Shown one piece after another: positions 55,086 to 64,000 of a stretch of DNA of 64,000 bases. The notes under the pieces were generated by a model. It saw nothing but the letters and a program-made list of their open reading frames with translations, did no database searches and was not told the origin of the DNA. Both the position numbers and the translations under genes were made by a program. The number at the start of each line of letters is the position of its first letter. The stretch's first letter is position 1. This DNA is from the human T2T-CHM13v2.0 reference genome, Homo sapiens, in assembly GCF_009914755.1 (NCBI RefSeq), contig NC_060947.1; one strand, 5' to 3'.

Positions 55086-55270
55086 GAAATTTCCATAGTG
55101 AGACAAGGAATTCCTGAAAAAGCCCTCCTTGCACTTGTCCAGGGGAAGGAACAGGAGAGGTCAGAATGTTCGTGATTTGGCTGCAGTTTCTAAGGCCTTT
55201 TCATTTTAGTTCAAAGAGTTAACATGCCAAAGTACCAACATTGTGAGGCATGAATTTCAGGGTCCTAATA
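55086..55270 (-). mobile_element. MER4-group (MER34/39-like) LTR 5' fragment
   Basis: The reverse complement contains ctttggcatgttaactctttgaactaaaa..aaggccttagaa...tctgacctctcctg, typical of this LTR group. Confidence 0.55.
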
Positions 55271-55361
55271 ATAGTCAGAAAAATGCAATTCTCACCTTCA
55301 ACACATTTACTAATATATTACCTATAGGCACAGAGGGTCCCAATACAAAAGGGGACCCCTT

Positions 55362-55585
55362 TATATTATTTTTTGACGATTTAATTATGGCCATTCTTGC
55401 AAGAGTAAGGTGGTATCTCTTTGTGGTTTTAACTTGCATTTACCTGATAATTAGTCATGTCGAGCATTTTTTCATATGTTTGTTGGCTGTTCATATCTTC
55501 TTTTGAGAATTGTCTATTCATGTACTTTGCCCAATTTTTGATGGGATTATTTGTTTTTTCTTGCTGATTTATTTGAGTCCCTTGT
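55362..55585 (-). repeat. Inverted local duplicate of L1PB segment 54186-54406
   Basis: Near-identical reverse complement (4 substitutions and 2 small indels by hand alignment). Confidence 0.95.
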
Positions 55586-56030
55586 TTTGTACAATTTTTT
55601 GTACAAAAATTGTACAAAAGGGGTTCCTAAAAGTGTTATTTGCAAATATACTGAGTTCTTACTCTGTGTCACTTGGAATTTTCAAATGTCTAGTAGTAAA
55701 AACTTATGTTCTACTAATATTAAATTAGTATTAGAACTCTAGATAGTTCCTTATTGCAATTTTAATTTTCAAATGTAGGTTCAGTAATTTTTGAGTAAAC
55801 AATACTTCTAGGCATTGTTACAATTCATTGATTTTCAAATTTCTCTCTATGTTGTCCTTAAGTTTTATAGTGGTACTTCAGAAACAATGATGAGAAGTCA
55901 GGACAAGGCCCATCATTTAGGGTTTCCAGGGCTAATATCAACTTTATATTTGCAAATTTTACACCTTAGAATTCTTTGAAAGTTATTATCAAGAAAAAAA
56001 GTTTTGAAAACAACAGATATAGACAGATAC

Positions 56031-56519
56031 TGTAGTGGGCTGAAGAGTGTCGCCCCAAAATCCACGTCAACACAGAACTTTGGAATGTGATCTCATTTGG
56101 AAATAGGGTCTTTGCAGACGTAATTAGTTAAAGTCTTGAGGTTAAAATCATCCAGGATTTAGGATGAGCACTAAATCTGATAACTGGTGCCTTATAAGAG
56201 AGAGAGTAAAAAAGGAGATTTGGGCATAGAAAGGCATGCAAACACAGAGGAGACAGAGACACAGGAACAAGGTCTTGTGAAAATGGAGACTGGGATTCAA
56301 GTTATACTATCACTAGCTAAGGGATGCCAAGAATTTCCAGCACCTACTAGAAGCTAGGATAGGTGCATGGGACAGTTTCTCTGAGCTTCTAGACAAAACC
56401 AAACTTGCCAACACCTTGATTTTAGGCATCTGGTCTTCTAAATTGTAAGTGAATATATTGTTGTTCAAAGCCACAAAGTTTCTAGTAATTTCTTATGGTA
56501 GCACTGGGAAATTAATACA
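56031..56519 (+). mobile_element. MLT1C solo LTR
   Basis: tgtagtgggctgaa...gaatgtgatctcatttggaaatagggtctttgcagacgtaattagttaa...ggaaattaataca; perfect TSD GATAC. Confidence 0.93.
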
Positions 56520-57159
56520 GATACCAAGATTAATTTTACTTCAAAATTACCTTATCAACTCAGTAGCAAAATTAGTGAGTGGTTCCCACATATTTTACAA
56601 AATCCTGAAACCTGCAATAGGCAGAATAAGTAAATATCACCCTTAACGAAGAGTATTCTAGAATGATGATTATACTATAAATTCATTTGGCCTTCTTCCC
56701 AGTATTTCCTTTTCTGTCACTACTGATTCTTTGGGATAGCCAAGTTCAAGGTGACTCATGACTGGTATTACTTAATGACAGTCCATAAATGGTCCTATTC
56801 ATACCTTCCAGAGACCTTTCAGGACTGATATGAGAGCCAAAAGTCATGGGAAGGTCTGGCAGTGATTGTGGTCTGCACATCAAAGCACTTCCTGAAAAAT
56901 GTAATAGGCCAAGATATTTGGGGAAAAGCAGACAAATGAGGAAGAATTCCTAGTCAGAGCTAATTTGAGAGTGGGGATAAAAACTACCTGTTAAATGATT
57001 TACTGCTCTTAAGCCATAGATACTGTTGACTTTATTCTGCTGCAGTTTCTAAGGCTGTTTTCTGCTAGTTCAAAGAGTCAGGAAAGAAGACAAAAAGATA
57101 TGTCTTGAGATTATGTGCCAGTTTTTGCCAGTATACATGCTAATGACCTATTTCATACC

Positions 57160-57700
57160 TTAATCATCAAAAATATTATTAGTGGTATCCCTGTTCTATC
57201 TTTATTTTTTCTACTACCAATAAGTTCCTCATCTAATATAAAGATTTCTCTTAAATATTTGTACTCAAAACCTTTTATTGGATTGCATTTGTATACACAT
57301 GAAGTCCTTACATCTTAGCCACAATTCAAGCTTCCTCTTGGTGTAAATTAATCTATCTTTTCATCTTTACCTTGCACTATTCCATTAAATAATCCATGCA
57401 CACTTAAGAAACAAAGTGTGTATTGCCAAACTTACTTTGCATTTACTTTTATTATTCTTTATCTTACTCATTCCGTACCTTCACTTGCTATAATCTCTTC
57501 ATTTTCTATGTATCAACATCATATCTCTTTTAAAGTTTACACACTTCCCTCATCATCTAAGATAAATTAATCTCTTCTTTAATAAACCCCAATAATTTTA
57601 GCATATTATTGATATAATACTAGACATCTCATTGAATTTTAGGTATTTTTGAAATCATAAAATCACAGAACATTCTTTATAGAACAAACTTAGTAGTATG
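57160..57700 (+). mobile_element. L2 fragment
   Basis: Pyrimidine-rich decayed L2 body (ctcaaaaccttttattggattgc, catgaagtccttaca). Confidence 0.45.
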
Positions 57701-57704
57701 TCTC

Positions 57705-57988
57705 CAAGTATCCCTAACTTGCTTGATGAAAATAATCATCTGGGAGGGTGCTTAATGGGAGAAACTGTCCCATGAACCTATCTTAGCTCCTAGTAGTTGC
57801 AGGAAATCCTTGGCATCCATTCGCTTGTGATAGCATAACTCGAATCCCAGCCTCCATCTACACAAGACCTGAATATAGATTCCTGGATGCTGCCTCAATT
57901 CTACTTCATCAGAGGAAGAGTCTGGACATACGTACATTTAGCAATGTCCCAGATAAGTTTATAACCACTCGAATTTGAGAAACACTAG
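57705..57988. mobile_element. MER5A-like element split by a 111-bp inverted MLT1C copy (57759-57869)
   Basis: Left part taacttgcttgatgaaaataatcatctggg..gtgcttaat; right part atatagattcctgg...catttagcaatgtcccagataag...tttgagaaacactag. Confidence 0.65.
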
Positions 57989-57994
57989 TCCCGT

Positions 57995-58125
57995 CAATTC
58001 CCCTTATTACATAAGTGAGGTAACTGTAATCCCTGCCTGAAGATAACCACCATGTCCAGAGACCATATGAGTAATTAGTGACAGAATGAAAATCGAGGCT
58101 AAGGTAATGTGCTCTTTCCATAGCA
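57995..58125 (-). mobile_element. MIR
   Basis: cccttattacataagtgaggtaactg...tgtccagagaccatatgagtaattagtgacaga. Confidence 0.6.
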
Positions 58126-58313
58126 TAACTCTCTCACATATGATTGTAAGTCTTAGAGAATGAAACTGGGTCTTTATTGTTTTTTTCTTGTGGTGTTTTG
58201 CATAATAAATTACACATGCCATTGGAGAAGTGGATAGTGAAATAATTTTAGGGAAGTAGACTGTGAACTCTATGTCAATAGCTTCCAAATAGGTTAATAA
58301 AAACAGGCAAATG

Positions 58314-61020
58314 GGAAGAGGCACAGCAAGGTGGCAGAATAGAAAGCTTCACTGATTGACCACCCAGCAAAGACATGAAGTTAGCAGCTGTCTACACAGA
58401 AACAACACCTTCATTAGAACCAAAAGTCAGGACAGCCCTCATAGTACCTGATTCTAACTTCATATACTAAAAGAGGCACTGAAGAGATAGAAAAACAGCC
58501 ATGAATCATGGATGCCTCTCCTCCCCAACCCCTGAGAGCAGCTGTGCGGTACTAAGAGCGTCTCTGGGCGCTGTGGGAGGCAGAGCACAACACTTGTGAG
58601 GCATTGAACCCAATGCTGTCCTTTTAGAGCAGAAAGGAAACCCGGACAAAACTCAGCTGATGCTCACTCATGAAGGGAGCATTTAAACTCATCCTAGCCA
58701 AAGAGGAATTGTCCATCCGAGCAATCTGAACTTGAGTGCCTGCAAACCTTACCACCAAGGGCTACAACAGTCTGTGTCTCCAAGTAAACTTGAAAGGCAG
58801 TCTAGGCCATAAGGACTGCAAATCTTAGGCAAGTCCTAGGGCTGAATTAGGCCCAGAAAGAGTGGCCTGGGGGAACACACAACATACTGAGACACCAACT
58901 GGGGCAGCCAAGGGAGTGCTGACATCATCGCCTCTCACCTAAACCCAGGCTACACAGCTCATGGCTCCAAAAGAAACCCCATCCTTCCACTTGGTCAGTA
59001 AAGTTGCAGCATACAAAATCAACATACAAAAATCAATAGCATTTCTATATGACAACAGTGAACAATGTGAAAAAGAAATTTAAAAAGTAATTTTATTTAC
59101 AATAGCCACATGTAAAATTAAATACCTAGAAATTAACCAAAGAAGTGAAATATCTTAATAATGAAAACTGTAAAACGCTGATGAAACAAATTGAAGGGGA
59201 CATCAAAATATGGAGAAATATTCCATGTTCGTGGGTTGGAAGAATCAGTATTGTTAAAATGTCCATACTGCCCAAAGCAATCTACAGATTCAATGCAATC
59301 TCTATCAGAATACCAATGATATGTTTTACAGAAACACTAAAAACAATCTTAAAATTTATCTGGAACCCCCAAGGATCCAGAATAGCCAAAGATACCCTGA
59401 GCACAAAGTACAAAACTGGAGGCATTACATTACCTGACTTCAAATTATACTAAGGAACTACAGTAAACAAAACAGCATGGTACTGGCATAAAAACAGAAA
59501 CATAGACCAATGGAACAGAATAGAGAACCCAGAAACAAATCCACACACCTAAAATCAACTTATTTTTGACAAAGGTGCCAGGAACATACACTAGGAAAAA
59601 GTCTTTTCAATAAATGGTGTGTTGATAAAACTAGATATCCATATGCAGAAGAATGAAACTAGACCCATATTTCTCACCATAGACAAAAATCAAATCAAAA
59701 TGGACGAAATATTTAAACATAAGATTTCAAACTATGAGACTACTATAATAAAATCTTGGGGAAAATCTCCAGGGCATTGGTCTGGGCAAAGATTTTTTGA
59801 GCAATACCCCAGGAGCACAGGCAAAAAAAGCAAAAATGAACAAATGGGATCACATTAAGTTAAAAGGCCTTTGCACAGCAAAGGAAACAATCAACTAAGT
59901 GAAGAGACAACCCACAGAGTGGACGAAAATATTTGCAAACTACCCATCTGACAAGGGATCAATAACCAGAATATATAAGGAGTTCAAACAACTCTATGAG
60001 AAAATAATTAATAATCCAATTAAAAACAGGCAAAAGTTTTTAAAATGTGTTTCTCCAAAGAAGACGTACAGATGGCAAACAAGCATATGAAAAGGTGCTC
60101 AACATCACTGATTATCATACAAATCAAAACTACAATTAGATATCATCACACCCTAATTAAAAAGACATATTCAAAAGACAGGCAATAACAAATGCTGGAG
60201 AGAATATGGAGAAAAGGAAGCCCTCATACACTGTTGATAGGAATGTAAATTAGTACAACCACTATAGAAAATATTTTGGAGGTTTCTTGAAAAACTAAAA
60301 TTTAAGCTATGATATGACCCAGCAATCTCACTGCTGAGTATATTCCCAAAAGAAAGGAAATCAGTATATTGAAGAGAGCTGCACTCCTACATTTGTTGTA
60401 GCACTGTTCACAATGGCTAAGATTTGGAAGCAACCTAAGTGTCCATCAACAGATGAATGGAAAAAGAAAATGTGGTACATATATGCAGTGGATTACTATT
60501 CAGCCATAAAAAGAATGAGATCCAGTCATTTGCACCAACGTGGATGGAACTGGAGATCATTACGTTAAGTGAAATAATACATGCACAGAAAGACAAACTT
60601 TGCATGTTCTCACTTATTTACAGGATCTAAAAATCAAATCAATTAAATTCATGGGCATAGAGAGTAGGAGGATGGTAACCAGAGGCTGGGAAGGGTAGTG
60701 GGGGGATAGGAGGGTTGCGAATGGTTAATGAATTCAAAAATATAGTTAGGTAGAATGAATAAGAGCTGGTATTTGATAGCAAAAAAGGGTGAGTACAGTC
60801 AACAATTATTTATTGTATATTTTTAATTAACTTGAAGAGTATAATTGGATACTTTGTAACTCAAAGGATAAACGGTTGAAGGGATGGATACCCCATTCTC
60901 CATGATGTGCTTATTTCACATTGCATGATATATGAAAACAAATCATGTACCCCATAAATATATACATCTACTATGTACCCACAACAATTAAAAATTTAAA
61001 ACTTAAAAAATAAATAAAAT
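58314..61020 (+). mobile_element. L1MA1/2-like element retaining a 5' UTR (58314-58993) fused directly to mid-ORF2 and the 3' end
   Basis: agcaaggtggcagaatagaaagcttcactgat 5' UTR start; jump to tcagtaaagttgcagcatacaaaatcaac; ORF2 peptide [27 protein letters not shown]; 3' end catctactatgtacccacaacaattaaaaa. Confidence 0.85.
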
Positions 61021-61669
61021 TACTTGACATAGTAGTTTGTATAACTGAAAACATCATATTTAAAAAGAGCCAGAGAGAAATCATAAATACCTACTCTATT
61101 TTGAATAAATATTGGCACTGTACTTGAGAAAATTATTTCCCAGTGCTCTCCTGCGACTTGCAAGGAACTATAAAATATTTTCATTTGAACTTGACAACTT
61201 AAAAATGTGTACAGTGGAATTCTCTCATGTGCAGAGTATATGGATCTTATAGGGAAATACAGCACAGGCAGATGGGAAAATTCCAGTCTCATTTAAATAC
61301 AGGAGGAGCTATGAGGTTTGAAAAGACAAATAGAAATAAAAGCAATATGGCTATCTGGGCATATTGTTTTAGAAAATAATGAACACTCTCTAGATTCTCC
61401 ATTCTGAATATAAGATTATTTCACTCATGATGAAACCTCTAGGTTTTTGTAGCATTGTTCTTATTTTTAAAAAGCCCACTTATACCTTCTTGGTGTCAGA
61501 ATTTGTTTCTGTCTTTGTAATGTCAATGCACTTGGTTTGATCTGACAAGTTTAATGTCATTTGATAGGATGAAAGCCAACCATTTTCTGAGAGCTGAGTG
61601 CTTGAAGGGCACTCATCCATTTTGTAAGAAAATTCTATTCCTTTCTAGTACTTCTATAGTCCTTTCTTT

Positions 61670-61867
61670 TTTTATTATTATTATACTTTAAGTTTTAGGG
61701 TACATGTGCACAATGTGCAGGTTAGTTACATATGTATACATGTGCCATGCTGGTGCGCTGCACCCACTAACTCATCATCTAGCATTAGGTATATCTCCCA
61801 ATGCTATCCCTCCCCGCTCCCCCCTCCCACAACAGGCCCCAGAGTGTGATGTTCCCCTTCCTGTGTC
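61670..61867 (-). mobile_element. Young L1PA2/L1PA3 5'-truncated insertion
   Basis: ttatactttaagttttagggtacatgtgcacaatgtgcaggttagttac...gctggtgcgctgcacccactaactcatcatctagcattagg; perfect 16-bp TSD ctatagtcctttcttt (61654-61669 and 61868-61883). Confidence 0.95.
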
Positions 61868-62119
61868 CTATAGTCCTTTCTTTAGATAACAGAATGAAAA
61901 TCAATACATTATGAAGTCTGAAATCCTGTCAGAAGAAAAAAAATTAACTCTCCAGATTTTCTAGCATCCTAAGATGTAAACAGAAAGCTATGATAAATAT
62001 GTTATTTTACCTACAAATAAAAGCAACTGCCTTTAAAAAAGAACTTACCACGCAGTAGTCACTATAATTACGTAAATACATGTTTTCAGTATTTCATTTA
62101 GTACAGTATTTAATAGTGT

Positions 62120-62295
62120 TTTATTTAATGGCCACAAAAATGCCATCAGAGAGGTATTTTTATTTTAGTTTTACAGATTAAGAAACTGACTCATAGAAAC
62201 TTGAATTCATCAAAGTAAAATGACAATAGATGAAAAGACTTGATTCAAATTCTGATCTGCCTGACTCCAAATTCTAGGTAATAACCTTTTGCTAC
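62120..62295 (-). mobile_element. MIR
   Basis: gttttacagattaagaaactgactcatag...gattcaaattctgatctgcctgactccaaa. Confidence 0.75.
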
Positions 62296-62299
62296 ACAA

Positions 62300-62450
62300 A
62301 GCATGTTTCTAAGTGCGTCTTATTAACCTCACATGGAAGCATGTTAGAAATACAGAATAAAGGGCCTACTAAAACCTACTGAATCAGAATCTTCATTTTA
62401 ACAAGTTCCCTGGTTGATTTTAAAGCACCTTAAAGTTTGAGAAACCTGTT
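62300..62450. mobile_element. MER5A
   Basis: tgttagaaatacagaat...acctactgaatcagaatcttcattttaacaagttccctggttgatt...aagtttgagaa. Confidence 0.85.
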
Positions 62451-62516
62451 ACTAGGGTTGAGAGTGCCTGTCCTCTTGTAGAACCCAGTGATATATATGT
62501 TATTAAATTTAGTAAT

Positions 62517-63339
62517 TGGCACAGACTATCCTTTGAACAAAAGTCAGGCTCCTCTGAGTCCTCTTTCTGACTAATCCCTGCCCTTGGGTTCTGTGCTTGG
62601 CCCATTTCCTCCAACAGCAAGAATCCTGCTGGGTCAGATTAGCAAAACTCTCTTGCCCTTGACATCTGATCCCTGACCCCTGGTATCTGACCACCTTTGA
62701 TAGCTTATCAAATCTCTTATCTCATGCCCTCTATATCTTCTCACTCTTGCCGGCCTTCAATAATACTCCTGTAGGGTGCAGTGGTTCATGCCTGTAATCC
62801 CAGCACTTTGAAAGCCTGAGGTGGGAGGATCTCATGAGGCCAAGAGTTCAACACCAGCCTGGGCAATATAGCAAGACCTCATCTCTACAAAAAATAAAAA
62901 ATTAGCTGGACATGGTGGTGTGCCGTCCCAGCTGTTCAGGAGGCTGAGGTGGGATGATCACCTGAGCCCAGGAGTTTGAGGGTGTAATGAGCTATAATAG
63001 GCACCACTGCACTCTAGCCTGGGTGACACAGCAAGACTCTGTCTCAAAAAAATAAGATAAAATAAAATAAAACTCATGTAAAGTTGGTTTACCCAGAATT
63101 CCCCTTATCATAGATATTTTCTCTTATTAGTTTCCCATTCGCTCACCTCCACTATGCTCTTTGGTTATAAATTCCCATTCCCCTTTGTGTACCTGTATTG
63201 AAAGTTGAGCCCAATATCTCTCCCCTACAAATAAACAAAACAAAACAAACAAACAAACAAAAAACATTGCTGTAGTTTCCCTGAATAAAGTCTGCCTTAG
63301 CGTCTTTAACAAGTGTCATGAATAAATTTTTCTTCAACA
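62517..63339 (+). mobile_element. MER31-like (ERV1) solo LTR interrupted by AluJ
   Basis: tggcacagact...agtcaggctcctctgagtcctc...cagcaagaatcctgct...gttgagcccaatatctctccc...aataaagtctgcctt...tcttcaaca; 4-bp TSD TAAT. Confidence 0.85.
62773..63068 (+). mobile_element. AluJ inserted in MER31
   Basis: gggtgcagtggttcatgcctgtaatccc...gagcccaggagtttgag...; degenerate TSD aa(t/a)actc(c/a)tgta. Confidence 0.9.
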
Positions 63340-64000
63340 TAATCCAAGAGATATAAACTAACTGGTAGCTCAAACATTATATTAGCCCTAAAGTATGAGT
63401 TTTAAAATGAGAGCAGTATATTTATATCACACATATTTGCTTTAAAATTTAGTTAGAATATGAAACTTTTGAGAACATGAAACTAGCATGCCTCCATGTT
63501 CATTTTAATAAAATATTCAGGAGGCTCTTGTTAACATAACACTCTGTGAGTTACTATCTGCAGAAACGGATAAAGAGAAGTCATTGCCTTCTAATGGAAT
63601 CACTGTCAGATTCTTCAATTAAAGAAATAAAAATGGGTAAATTAAAATTGCCTCATTTTTCTTTTTTCTCTATCCTCATTCTTCACCAAACTCTCTTCCT
63701 CTCATGTCTTACTTCTCTTGAATCTTTTTGTTGCTTTCTTAAGAAAGTAGACTCCAGGGTCCTTCAGCATTGTTCAGTCTCACATTCATCCTTCAATGGA
63801 GTGATTGAGAAAACTAAGCCCATGGAGTTTGAGAATGATCAAACTCATGTAGTAAGAAAAGGCTTAGCCCTTTCAGTATAACTAACGTGTTATTCTCTAT
63901 CCCCAAGGGAGAGGTTGGTTCTAATAATAAGTTCTCCAAGAACATAAAGCAATGAATACAAATTTTGGAAAGAATAAAAAGATTCTAGGGAGGCATGCCC

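Overview
AT-rich, CpG-poor primate (probably human or great ape) genomic DNA from a gene-poor or deep-intronic region. I cannot support any host protein-coding gene, RNA gene or CpG-island promoter. The recognisable ORF-track entries derive from L1 ORF2, THE1-int or Alu sequence, and the rest look like chance ORFs. The window is mostly layered transposon fossils: L1PA/PB/MA/M fragments, AluS/AluJ/FLAM, MIR and L2, a full-length THE1 MaLR provirus with an AATAC TSD, solo LTRs (MLT2A1, MSTB, MLT1C, MER31, MER57, MER67, LTR33-like), and DNA transposons (MER85 piggyBac, Tigger3, Tigger4, MER2, MER20, MER58A, MER5A, MER91). The most unusual signal is a set of short local templated duplications that do not look like transposition products. 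These are a perfect 40-bp copy (4913-4952 = 6345-6384), a ~220-bp inverted L1 copy with fold-back palindromic junctions (55362-55585), a 111-bp inverted MLT1C copy splitting a MER5A (57759-57869), and smaller scars; three of them cluster within 54-58 kb. Also notable are an unexplained hairpin with 57-bp arms at 13300-13442 and DUX4-type motifs in the THE1 and MLT2A1 LTRs. Repeat subfamily calls come from remembered consensus sequences and need RepeatMasker/Dfam confirmation. Boundaries of old elements are approximate.
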